Origin: an uncultured delta proteobacterium
GTDB taxonomy: Bacteria > Desulfobacterota > Desulfomonilia > Desulfomonilales > Desulfomonilaceae
NCBI GenBank assembly: GCA_963789265.1
Contig: CAWBKB010000006.1
Location: forward strand, 32,001-96,000
Length of the DNA stretch: 64,000 nt
Direction of reading: 5' to 3'
A program made the translations under genes and the position numbers. Below are positions 9,766-19,242 of the stretch, piece after piece (within the stretch, counting starts at the first letter, position 1; each line of letters starts with the position of its first letter). Under the pieces are notes generated by a model. It saw only the letters and a program-made list of their open reading frames with translations, was not told where the DNA came from and searched no databases.

Positions 9766-10518
9766 ATGTCATGGGCTAAAGAAAAAGAAGAGGCCGCGCT
9801 CGAAATCCTCGGACTCCTGTATGAACACCGGATGATTAGGACGTTCTATCGTGATAAACCGGAAGGGTGGACTCTTGTATCCGGCCTGTACAGTCCCTTG
9901 TACATACAGCTTCGGCCTCTTATGTCATATCCATCCGTCTTTGAAAAAGTTTGCAAGGCCATGGCCCGAATGGCTCGCGAAGAAGCGCCGGAGATTAACA
10001 GAGTGATCGGCATTGCCATGGCAGGGGTTCCAATTGCCGCCGGAATGTCCCTGGCCGGCGGTATTCCGGCGGGATTCACCAGAAAGATTGACAACGTCAA
10101 GTCTCTGGCACAATTCAGGGAAGCCATTGCCTTGTATGGTGAACATTCGATGCTGGAAGGGGAACTAGCTCCCGGGGACCATGTAGCATTGGTAGACGAT
10201 CTGGTAACCAGATTCGACAGCAAGCTCATCGCTCTCGAACAGGTAAAGTATGAAGTGGCCAGGCAGGGGCTCCAGCGAATTGAATGCCGGACAGTCCTCG
10301 TGGTGTTGGATCGGGAGCAAGGGGGCCGGGAAACTGCAGAAAAGGAGAGCGTGAAATTGTTGAGTCTAGTTCCGTTCAAAACTATGGGCCTTGCCCTGCT
10401 GGAAGGGATAATGGAGAAAACGGAATGGGAAACAATTCGCCATTACCTCGAGGACCCCGGCTATTTTCAGAAAAAGGCGGTTCAAGAGCGTCTTGCCGGT
10501 CTTGCCTGTGGAGGGTGA
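9766..10518 (+). CDS. pyrE: Orotate phosphoribosyltransferase-like protein
   Basis: TLVSGLYSPLYIQLR, GIAMAGVP, PRPP loop LVDDLVT, VLDREQGG; GAGGAG SD before ATG 9766. Confidence 0.8.
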   Translation: MSWAKEKEEAALEILGLLYEHRMIRTFYRDKPEGWTLVSGLYSPLYIQLRPLMSYPSVFEKVCKAMARMAREEAPEINRVIGIAMAGVPIAAGMSLAGGIPAGFTRKIDNVKSLAQFREAIALYGEHSMLEGELAPGDHVALVDDLVTRFDSKLIALEQVKYEVARQGLQRIECRTVLVVLDREQGGRETAEKESVKLLSLVPFKTMGLALLEGIMEKTEWETIRHYLEDPGYFQKKAVQERLAGLACGG

Positions 10519-10585
10519 CAAATCCGGGTGAATAGCAAATCTAGTGCATTTTCGCACTCCCCGGAGTCTGTCTGCACGGGAGGGT

Positions 10586-11089
10586 AACCATTCAGTCTTA
10601 TGGGGCAGGCTTTCCGAAAGTGTCTCAAAACTATTTTGATGTCAAGAATCGTGGCACGATGTCAGCCCAGCACTAAAGTACCGGTCTACTCTCGATCGCC
10701 CCGATGGGGCTCAAATGCTGGCGTCCCGTAGGGACAGAGGACAGTAGCCCGGTAATTCATTGCCGGGAAAAGGGGCATCGTGCTACGGATTTCGTACGCG
10801 CCTCGATTTTGAGACACTTTCTTCCAGCCTGCCGAGGAAACCCCGTTCAATGGCGGCCTATAAAGCCGACCCCACGAAGCTACAGGCAAATTCCGGCTGT
10901 AACTGAATGCTGACACGAGGGAGTAAGCATTCAGTTCCGGAGGGAGAATTCTGTTAACGGTGTCATTGCGAAGAGTGAAACGACGAAGCAATCTCCTCTT
11001 GGACAGGCTGGGAGATTGCTTCGCTGCGCTCGCGATGACATGGCCGGATGGAGCATCCGCCGCATATAACTGAATGCTGACACGAGGGA
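10586..11089. repeat. Tandem and nested cluster of MITE/REP elements
   Basis: Two CATTCAG...CTGAATG-bounded units; 23-bp direct repeat TAACTGAATGCTGACACGAGGGA at 10900 and 11067. Confidence 0.7.
10616..10821. mobile_element. 206-bp MITE with 15-bp perfect inverted ends and TTCC target duplication
   Basis: GAAAGTGTCTCAAAA...TTTTGAGACACTTTC, flanked by TTCC at 10612 and 10822. Removing it restores the hairpin GGCAGGCTTTCCAGCCTGCC. Confidence 0.8.
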
Positions 11090-11490
11090 TGAAATTTCTG
11101 TTGACGCGGCCATTATTCTGCCTTACTTATATGTGATGAAATAGGGCTATGCCTTTGACGTGCTTTTTCGATGCCGCGGAGGCTCTGCCATGTGGATTGT
11201 CAAGGGCGTCTTCAGTTTTACAAAAGACTATGAAGTCAGGAGACGTCCGGTAGAAGGGATCTGATACTTCCAGCCAAGAAACCCAGTCGAAAAGAAACCG
11301 CACAGGTGTTTCTCTCCTTAAGGGAGAGGGCCGCGATAGATCGCAACTAAGAAATAATGGTCCGCACGCGTGGAACCTCAAAAGGCCGGACGGGGGAAGA
11401 GCGCTGTTTCGTTTCTCTAATTTTGTGTTCGCTCTGAGAAGAGAGTGCCGGCCGGCCCAAACAAAACTTTTCAGAAAGGAGAGATTCTGA

Positions 11491-11691
11491 ATGCCGGGTA
11501 TTTACCTTAAGGAAGACGAACCCTTTGAAAATGCACTGAGGCGATTCAAGAAACAGGTCCAAAAATCAGGTGTCCTAACGGAAACGAAAAAGCGGCGAGC
11601 CTACGAAAAACCGAGTGTTAAGAGAAAAAGGAAGGCCATGGCCGCGCGAAAAAGACTATTGAAGAAGCTTCGAAGAATGCGGACAAGATAG
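11491..11691 (+). CDS. rpsU: 30S ribosomal protein S21
   Basis: [13 protein letters not shown]...[18 protein letters not shown]. Confidence 0.97.
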   Translation: MPGIYLKEDEPFENALRRFKKQVQKSGVLTETKKRRAYEKPSVKRKRKAMAARKRLLKKLRRMRTR

Positions 11692-11814
11692 GGCGGCAAC
11701 GGCTTCGTTGAAGCGAAGCGCAAGGTTCCGAAAAGGAGATCGGTTCACTTGCCTCTTGAAGCGTGAGAGTTTTCAGGGTACTGTAGTGTATAAAAAAAGA
11801 GGGAGGCGAGCCCA

Positions 11815-13161
11815 ATTCAGATACGACTAATTGCTCCTCAGCGATGGCTCGAGTGGTTTGCAGAGAGTTCCTGCCTTATTGCCGCATCGTATATTGTTGC
11901 GTTCTTGGTCCTTCTCGTAAATGTCCTCGGTACGGGATTCTCAGGCGTAGAGATCAGCCCGTACAGGATGGTTCTCGTCTTAGCGGCGGCTATCCCTGCG
12001 GGGTTTTTATTCGTCTTTTCAACCTTCGGGCTGATATCGTACTTCATCTTCATGCCTTCGATTACCCATGACGGCCACCTGTTTTCGCGCGTTCATGGGA
12101 CTCACCTGATTCATCCGGTGACCACGTCGATTTTGCTGGGCCTCGCGGCTCTTTGCATTTACACGGGCAGCATGCTCGCCTGGGCGACTTGGGCTGTCTT
12201 CCTGGCAATCTACCTGCTTCAGACCACCCTCATTCTAAAACGAGTCAGTGAAGAAAATCGTGTAAACAGCTTGGAAGGACCGAGTGCCGGCAAATCGCTG
12301 TTGTTGCTCAACCTGATCCTTGGAGGCGAACTCGTCACTGTGGCGGCCGGTGCCAAACCCTTGCCGCCCTGGCGGCTGGACACCCTTCCCCAAGACACAT
12401 GGATCGTGGATGTTCGCACAAAGCCCGAATTCTATTGGAACCGGCTGCAGGCCGCGGAGAATTATCCGTGGGGATCGGGTGTGATAGAAGCGGCAAAAGA
12501 CAAGTCGAAAGAACGTCCGGTGCTCGTCGCCTGCTTTTCGGGCCACCGATCCCCTGCAGTTGCGGTAATGCTTCGAAAACTGGGCTTTAGGACCGTTTAT
12601 AATTTGAATTGGGGGATTCTCTATTTGATTCTATTGGAACGCGGTAAGAAGAATACAGGACCGTTCAGCCTCACCCGGCCTCATCGAGATCCTCAACGGC
12701 GGGGTGAGGATTTCAGGGGAATATCAGTTGGATATATCACCTTTGCTCTACTGACGCTGATCGTCGCTCCATTGGAACATGTCTTTGAGCCGACAGTAGT
12801 TTCCGCATTGCAACAGATCATCGGGGCATTACTCGGGCTCGGAGGACTTTTGCTGGGCCTCTTGAGCTTCAGAGCACTAGGGAGGAATTTTCGCGTATTT
12901 GCGGCGCCCAGGAGAAGCGGGACCCTCATTACCTCGGGCGTGTACGCCAAGGTTCGTCACCCCATGTACACCGGGGTCATCATGAGTCTGGGGGGGTATA
13001 CGCTTTATTTTGGGAGCTTGTGGGCATTTCCTTTCTGGCTGGGGTGCACAATCTTTTATCTGATCAAGGTCGTGAAAGAAGAAAGGCTGCTCGTGGAGCA
13101 TTATCCCGAATACGAGAACTATCGTAAGCGTTCATGGCGCCTCGTCCCCTTCATTTTTTGA
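11815..13161 (+). CDS. Membrane protein with central rhodanese domain and C-terminal ICMT/PEMT-family methyltransferase domain
   Basis: DVRTKPEF and LVACFSGHRS (rhodanese active-site Cys); LITSGVYAKVRHPMY...EERLL (ICMT family). First standard start is TTG 11905, but the frame is open from an SD-preceded ATT at 11815. Confidence 0.75.
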   Translation: MQIRLIAPQRWLEWFAESSCLIAASYIVAFLVLLVNVLGTGFSGVEISPYRMVLVLAAAIPAGFLFVFSTFGLISYFIFMPSITHDGHLFSRVHGTHLIHPVTTSILLGLAALCIYTGSMLAWATWAVFLAIYLLQTTLILKRVSEENRVNSLEGPSAGKSLLLLNLILGGELVTVAAGAKPLPPWRLDTLPQDTWIVDVRTKPEFYWNRLQAAENYPWGSGVIEAAKDKSKERPVLVACFSGHRSPAVAVMLRKLGFRTVYNLNWGILYLILLERGKKNTGPFSLTRPHRDPQRRGEDFRGISVGYITFALLTLIVAPLEHVFEPTVVSALQQIIGALLGLGGLLLGLLSFRALGRNFRVFAAPRRSGTLITSGVYAKVRHPMYTGVIMSLGGYTLYFGSLWAFPFWLGCTIFYLIKVVKEERLLVEHYPEYENYRKRSWRLVPFIF

Positions 13162-13252
13162 AACGGCACTTTTCGCTTGGCAAAGAAACTTAACTGTTAT
13201 TGCGCGTTTCGTGGGGCGGACTTTCTAGTCTGCCATTTCCGGGTCTCCCTGA

Positions 13253-13411
13253 GTAGTTGTCCAAAATGATGTCCGTTTGAAACGAGGAGGCGGGGAACCA
13301 GGCAATCCACTCGAAGGGCCTCTCGTTCGTCATTCCGGCCAGCTCCGGACTGGTGTCCGGGGCAGGAGCCGGAATCCAGGAACTGGACCCCGGATCGGAG
13401 TCCGGGGTGAC
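13253..13411. repeat. About 160-bp dispersed repeat, copy 1
   Basis: Near-identical reverse-complement copy at 48987-49145. Confidence 0.85.
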
Positions 13412-13525
13412 CCCGCGAGAAGCGGGATTCTATTCCTGGCAATGACATTACTCTCATAACCCGGCTCTTTGGCAACAGCGCAATTCTGTTCACCAATTGC
13501 CATAGATTTCCTGAAACCGCTCTCA

Positions 13526-14527
13526 CTACCCTAGACTACCGATCTTTTCCGTCCTGACCGTTTTTCGGACTTTGCAACTCAAGCTGGAAATGCGTTCCAT
13601 GGTTTCCTGCGTGATCTCGCTCATTGTCAGATCTTTGAAGCCACGAGCTCCCTGGTTCACGAAGAGCATGGCCAGCCAGCCGATAGGCAGGGCAGTTCTT
13701 GAGGTGACAGCGAATGAAGCCTCTTTGACGGCCCAGTCATTGCCATTGAAGGAGAGAGCCATACCGCCCGCTGTCTTCACGAGCCGAAACGCGTCCACAT
13801 CGGTTATGCTGTCTCCCACGTAAAAGACGTCGCGCAACTCCGCGTCTTCAATTTCAGCGATTCTTTCGATGGCCCTTGCCTTTTCTTTGCCTCCCACGGG
13901 ATTCACTTCATCGATTATCCTGTAGACTTCCATTCCTGGGAGCAAACTCCAAAAGATCGCGTTCAACTCTTGGACCGTCTTTCTGCCGTCATCTGAAAGA
14001 TCTTCAGCCGAGGTGGCACCGGAAGGAATCGTGAAATCGGGCAGATCCAGTATGCGCTGATGGATCTCTCTGAGTGTTGTTTTCTCGCTCTGCGACAGCG
14101 AGTAGTGGTCCAGGTTTACAGGGGTGGAATAGGTGTTCGGGAAGGGAAAACCGACCGCGTCGCAGACGGCCAATATGTAGGCCGAATAACTCGTGCTCAC
14201 GATATACGCGGGCATGATATCGAGAACGTCCCTTAGCATGCAGTCGGCCTGAGGAATCATCTCTATGTTGTGGCGGGAGAACTTGATCATGCTCCTGTTA
14301 TCAAGGCCGAAGGCTTTGAAAAAGGGGAGGATCAGTCGCAGGGTGTCGCCTGCCTTGTACCCGGGCTTGTGAACCACTTCAGCCAAATAGTCGTCATACA
14401 GGCTGATCTTGCTGAAAAAACGGCTGCCTTTAGGTATGAAAGCCTCTGAAAGCTCGGCCGCATTGTCATTCTTGGTAATGGGGCCTTCGCAGTCGCTAAT
14501 GAAAATCCTTTTGGGGCCTCTTTCCAT
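13526..14527 (-). CDS. HAD-superfamily protein, EhaR/COG4030-like
   Basis: FISDCEGPITKNDNA, IVSTSY, EKARA, YVGDSITD, SFNGN motifs. Confidence 0.8.
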   Translation of the reverse strand: MERGPKRIFISDCEGPITKNDNAAELSEAFIPKGSRFFSKISLYDDYLAEVVHKPGYKAGDTLRLILPFFKAFGLDNRSMIKFSRHNIEMIPQADCMLRDVLDIMPAYIVSTSYSAYILAVCDAVGFPFPNTYSTPVNLDHYSLSQSEKTTLREIHQRILDLPDFTIPSGATSAEDLSDDGRKTVQELNAIFWSLLPGMEVYRIIDEVNPVGGKEKARAIERIAEIEDAELRDVFYVGDSITDVDAFRLVKTAGGMALSFNGNDWAVKEASFAVTSRTALPIGWLAMLFVNQGARGFKDLTMSEITQETMERISSLSCKVRKTVRTEKIGSLG

Positions 14528-14538
14528 GTCGATTCTCC

Positions 14539-15525
14539 CTAAAGCGAAGAAATGGCGCTATCCAAGAAAGCTTTATCCGGGTAGCTCCTCCGGCCGTAGT
14601 CCTCGAGACTCATCGATGCGGCCCTTGCGGCCAGTTGCAGGCTCGCTTCAAGATCCAGCGATTCGAGCATACCGGCCAAAAAGCCTGCGGCCGCCACGTC
14701 GCCTGCGCCCGTGCGGTCCTTTATCTCTCGCGGAACTATAGCAGCTTGATAAATAGACCGTCCAGGCTCGCAAGCCATCATCCCTTCCGGACCCAGCTTC
14801 ACGATAACTATCTTGACGCCGATTTCAAACAGAAAAGTGACTCCAGTTTCAATTCCTGAATGAGAAGTCAGCGTCGCCAATTCCTCTCTCGTGATGAAAA
14901 GTAGATCCGTCCTTCGGAGGACAGGTAGGAGAATATTCAATCCTTTGGCAACATACACTGCTCCAGGATCAAAGCTCACCCGCGTCGAATCGCCGAGACG
15001 ATCCACAAGCCCGGCCTGAACTACCAAAGGTTCTGGCGAGACAAAAGATGTTAGGTGCACCCATCGGGCCCGTTGAAAATACCCGATATCGGGCTCTTCC
15101 GAGCCCGCCAGATCATTGGCATTGGGAAGGACCACAAGGGCCCTGTCTCTCTTTGGGTCGTCCCGATCGATAAGTGCCAAGCACCTTCCCGCAGGCAGCG
15201 CTACTCTCCTTATCCTCAAATTTTCCGGCCGACCGAGGGAGTCCAGGGCCAGATGCTCTTCTCCGTCGCTCCCTGTCACGCCATAGAATCCGGTTGCAAA
15301 ACCCATTTTGAACAGTGCAGCAATCATGTTAGCCGCAGATCCGCCCGGGTCAACACCCTTCAGGACCCCTTCGGCCTCCAGTGCCGGATAGACTGTACGG
15401 AACCATGCAAGGTCCCGCACGTATTCTTCTCCGGGTCGAAGTCCAAGCTGGGATAGAAATTCTCCCCTCACTTCCCAGAACTCGTCCAAATTCAACGACC
15501 CGAAGCCGATAGCGTGCAAATTCAA
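14539..15525 (-). CDS. PfkB-family carbohydrate/nucleoside kinase
   Basis: GSLNLD, GGSAAN, SFDPG, VKLGPEG, DRTGAGD signature. Confidence 0.9.
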   Translation of the reverse strand: MNLHAIGFGSLNLDEFWEVRGEFLSQLGLRPGEEYVRDLAWFRTVYPALEAEGVLKGVDPGGSAANMIAALFKMGFATGFYGVTGSDGEEHLALDSLGRPENLRIRRVALPAGRCLALIDRDDPKRDRALVVLPNANDLAGSEEPDIGYFQRARWVHLTSFVSPEPLVVQAGLVDRLGDSTRVSFDPGAVYVAKGLNILLPVLRRTDLLFITREELATLTSHSGIETGVTFLFEIGVKIVIVKLGPEGMMACEPGRSIYQAAIVPREIKDRTGAGDVAAAGFLAGMLESLDLEASLQLAARAASMSLEDYGRRSYPDKAFLDSAISSL

Positions 15526-15574
15526 CAGATCACCCTTTCTCGGTTCAAGATCCTATAGTACGCTCGCACAAGTT

Positions 15575-15757
15575 CAACGCGGAGATCGCAGAGAACGCCG
15601 AGAATTCTATTTTGCTGTGTGTCCATCCGCTGGAGCACGGCAAGTCTTGGTCTGCGACAATGAGAGCCATTCCGGCCTGACTGTAGGCTCGGACGACTCA
15701 GTGGCGTTGAACAAGCTAATCTCTTTTACTCTGCGTTCTCGGCGCTCTCTGCGGTTA
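15575..15757. repeat. Inverted-repeat element (AACGCGGAGATCGCAGAG...CTCTGCGTTCTCGGCGCTCTCTGCGGTT)
   Basis: Complementary arms; related motifs near 23250, 24880 and 42070. Confidence 0.5.
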
Positions 15758-16513
15758 ATCTTGATTATAGGGTGAACGGTCACGTTCCCACTGCATATTC
15801 TTTCTTAGGGCCACGATGTAGTTCGAAGCAAACATCCTCTTCAGGTGGAATGTACTGTCAATGATTCTTGCCAACGTGAGCCACGCGAGGGTGGTAGGGC
15901 GAATCAACCCCCTGAGACCTAGAGTCTCCCAGACGGTGGAAGACGTAACCGACGGGAGGTTCAACGCCAGGTGGGCCAAGCCGCCGTTCGCCACCATTTC
16001 GGCCACCTGAAAGCCCGCTCTGGTTGCAAGATGCTCAATTCCGTATCGGGTGAAACGATAATAGTCGTGCGGCTCGTCATGCAAATGGAGCAAGAACGGG
16101 AATGAGACAATGGCAATTCCGCCCGGAACCAGGACCCGATACATTTGGGAAAGAGCGCCCCACGGTTCGGGCGCATGTTCCAGCACAGAGCAACAAAAGA
16201 TAGTATCAAAAGACTCATCCGGAAAAGGTAGCCCGTGAGTCACATCCAGAATAACATCGAGGTCCGGGTGGTCCTTTGTCACGTCACAGCTAATGTAACT
16301 CGCTGCATGTCGCATCAACAGGTTGCGCCACGCCAATCTCCCCGCTCCTATGTCCAAGACTCGACCTTTCGTGAATTCTGGAATTAACGGCGCCATGTCC
16401 CTATAAAAAGCCGCATTTTGGAGAGCGATCCACCAGTATGTGTCCGTGCCGATGGTCCGAGTGTTCAAACGTCGCCACGCCTGTGCGAACCATCGGGTCT
16501 TCACGGTACTCAT
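15755..16513 (-). CDS. Class I SAM-dependent methyltransferase
   Basis: VLDIGAG, LPFPDESFD, VLEH, RVLVPGG, PHDYYRFT. Confidence 0.9.
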   Translation of the reverse strand: MSTVKTRWFAQAWRRLNTRTIGTDTYWWIALQNAAFYRDMAPLIPEFTKGRVLDIGAGRLAWRNLLMRHAASYISCDVTKDHPDLDVILDVTHGLPFPDESFDTIFCCSVLEHAPEPWGALSQMYRVLVPGGIAIVSFPFLLHLHDEPHDYYRFTRYGIEHLATRAGFQVAEMVANGGLAHLALNLPSVTSSTVWETLGLRGLIRPTTLAWLTLARIIDSTFHLKRMFASNYIVALRKNMQWERDRSPYNQD

Positions 16514-16570
16514 TGAGGGTATCCTGAAGTCGGAACTCGATCAAAAATAGATCAGCCGTGAGGCACCGTA

Positions 16571-18277
16571 TCATGGTGCGGGACGTGTGGGCAAGGTCCC
16601 CGCAGCGGGTTGAATCGTGCAACCCTGGCGGTTTCTCGGGCGCATCCCGGAGACAATAGCGCGGCTAAGAGACGACAGCGGGAAGTAATCCTGTGCCACA
16701 GAGCGACCCGACTTCACCGGTCCGCTCTTTCTCACAATCGCACTCCATGAATGAGGTGCCACGCACTTTACGAAGGTGGGTTTTTCGGCCGCGAGGGGGC
16801 TTATTCGGAAACTGATCGCTTTGGACAATACCTGGGCAACCACTTTATGCCCGAACATGGTGTAGTGGTCTCCGAAGACATATCTGCCTGTCTCTTTTTG
16901 CGCATCAATAAGCGGCTCCAATAGTGAAATAAAGGGAATATTATTCTCACTGCAAAAACGAGTCACACGTCTAATAGATTTGCTCATGTCCCAAGTGATA
17001 GCCTTATGAGGTCCCCCCATAGCTTTGAGTCGCGAAATTGTCCCCACCGGGTCCAGAGCATACTTGACTTCAAGGTCTGAGCCCACGTAGACGAGCACAA
17101 AATTGATGCCGCGGGCACGACAGAAGTCCCTGGAGGCTACAACCTGATTCAAAGTGCGGGACCACGCGGCTTCTACCCTGGGAATGTCCTCGGCCGACCA
17201 CTGGAGCAAATCAGGCGATATGGCTATCCTATTCCTACGAATGTCATCAATTCGGCGCAAGGCAAAAGCCAGTGCCAAGTAGCCGTGACTGGCCAGTCGG
17301 CGGAATTCCGGTGTGATGCCGCCGGCAGCCAGTATCAATTCGGTCTTCAATTCGGGGTCGTCGCGACAAAAGTCGCTGGTGTATAGCGTTAGGACCACTG
17401 TGTCAGGGGTATAGAGCATGGCTTCGTCTCGTATAACCTTGAAATGTTCAATTTGTCCCGTGCCTGAATTGCCAAGCGCTATAACCTGGAACCTGCGGCG
17501 CGGTCCTGCAAAAGAAGGGTCATTCAAAGCGGCCTCCCACAGCTTATGAAAGCTTCGGGAGAGCGGGACCTGGACCGCCTCAACGTAGGAATCACCGACA
17601 ATGACAATGCGGTGAACGCCCGGAGGCTTTGGCAGAGCATAATCATCATCGAAATATCCCTTGGAGTTCCAATGAAATTCGTTGACGTATTTGAGCCTGG
17701 AGTTCGGATCGTACCCGTAGTAAATGAATTCCTCGTCCGGAGCGTGCCAAACTTTGAATCGGCTTTTTCGGTGATTGGATGAATCCGACGCATACCATCG
17801 CTTCTGATCCCCATTCCGGAACACAACGGAGCCAACCTGGCCTTTTCCCAGAGGCGAATTCACAAAAGATTTGGCCAGTTCCTTGGTTTGGGCATAGTCG
17901 GCCGGGAGGACCCACGGAAATGCGATCTCTAGAGCCAAGAGCGCTATCAATGCAAAATTCAAGCACAAGGAAGACGCCTTAGCCCAGGATAAGACCGCAC
18001 CGGCGCGCAACTTTCCCGCCAGTAGGACCGGCATCCTGCCGGTCCTCGAAAGGGATAAGGCTGCGCCCGCGTGCAACTTTGCCGCGGGGAGTAACAGAAT
18101 CAGGAGATTCGAGAGTATCAAAACGAGATAGATGAGCCATCCGCAATAAAGGTTATTATAAAGTACTGCAAAGAGGGCGATTGTCCCGCATAATGGAAGC
18201 AATCCACCCGCAGCCCCCACGATCACCGCACTCCGTCTCCATCCAAAGGACACCGCGACCATTGAAATTTCCCTCAA
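16571..18277 (-). CDS. Membrane-anchored SGNH/GDSL hydrolase-like protein
   Basis: N-terminal TM helices, RIVIVGDSYVE, LGNSG, DHYTMFGH. Confidence 0.75.
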   Translation of the reverse strand: MREISMVAVSFGWRRSAVIVGAAGGLLPLCGTIALFAVLYNNLYCGWLIYLVLILSNLLILLLPAAKLHAGAALSLSRTGRMPVLLAGKLRAGAVLSWAKASSLCLNFALIALLALEIAFPWVLPADYAQTKELAKSFVNSPLGKGQVGSVVFRNGDQKRWYASDSSNHRKSRFKVWHAPDEEFIYYGYDPNSRLKYVNEFHWNSKGYFDDDYALPKPPGVHRIVIVGDSYVEAVQVPLSRSFHKLWEAALNDPSFAGPRRRFQVIALGNSGTGQIEHFKVIRDEAMLYTPDTVVLTLYTSDFCRDDPELKTELILAAGGITPEFRRLASHGYLALAFALRRIDDIRRNRIAISPDLLQWSAEDIPRVEAAWSRTLNQVVASRDFCRARGINFVLVYVGSDLEVKYALDPVGTISRLKAMGGPHKAITWDMSKSIRRVTRFCSENNIPFISLLEPLIDAQKETGRYVFGDHYTMFGHKVVAQVLSKAISFRISPLAAEKPTFVKCVAPHSWSAIVRKSGPVKSGRSVAQDYFPLSSLSRAIVSGMRPRNRQGCTIQPAAGTLPTRPAP

Positions 18278-18859
18278 TTAGCAATATGTGCAAAAGCAAC
18301 GGGTGCCTTTTTGCTCACTACTTGATCCTTGTCAAGAAAAAAAAGCTTCCTTTTAGAGAGAAAATTCCCGGACGTTATGGCCATAATCTCTACCAGAGGC
18401 TCTAACGGATTTGACAGGCCCAAAAATAGTTCCGATCTTTTCGCTCTAATAGCTCTCGCAAGCTAAGACACAGCACGCGCAAACTTCTGCAATTTCATCC
18501 GGCTTCACAATCAATAACGCAAAAATTTTGGCCATTTCATGCCGCGCTTCCAAGCTTGTAAAATTGTCAATCACCGGTTCCGGCCGTCCCCCGCCGAGCA
18601 GCCGGCCACGCCACAGCCGTGGCGCTAACCTTACAGGCCCAAAAGTTGCCTCGATCAAGTACTAATCGCTCAGAAGCACACCAAATATCATCGAACCCTT
18701 TACCACCGATGTCAAGCAAATCGATGCCGCCAAAGCCGGCGAATCCCGAGAAAATTTAAAGATACAAGTTAGGTTTACATGATACTTGTTCTAGCAAAAT
18801 TAGTCAACTATTTAAAACTGGCGAAAAAAAACTTGACAAATCTTTGAGAGTGCTATTTA

Positions 18860-19033
18860 AGTCGTAACCGGAGGTTGGGTATGGGGTAGGTAATACAAGC
18901 GGTTGACAGTAAGGGGGGAGCTGCTCCTTTGACATCAACCGCGCGGATGAGAAGCAACTTGTGAGATGAGGGGGCACTAAATAAGGCTCTATAAACACGA
19001 AAACGGCATCTAAATGGCCGTTTTGCGTGTGTT
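18860..19033 (+). ncRNA. Candidate small RNA (unknown family)
   Basis: A-tract plus TTGACA (18833) and TGCTATTTA (18851) upstream, long hairpin 18899-18942, terminal hairpin 18994-19033, no convincing ORF. Confidence 0.35.
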
Positions 19034-19242
19034 CCACTGGGATGGAAAAGTATGTTGAGAAGTGCCCACCTCTTATCACACAAGATCCGGGTGTCAATCA
19101 AAAAATCTCCGATTGACCCCAAATATCCAGTTCTTTATACCAGCCTGATATGATACACGAAACCGGCGAAGGCCCGCAGCGGCTCGATCCAGAGTATCCT
19201 ATCAACCTGTTTCTTTGCAAGAAAAAGACTCCTTAATTGTGA

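Noticed and set aside
10900..11089. 23-bp direct repeat as a mini-CRISPR or att site
   Set aside because: Only two copies, and the sequence between them is itself a dispersed repeat element.
13197..13526. Short ORFs within repeats (also 6154-6447, 9451-9711, 10686-11113, 19215-19627, 20847-21222, 45526-45843, 48840-49145)
   Set aside because: They coincide with palindromic non-coding repeats and lack SD sequences or recognisable domains.
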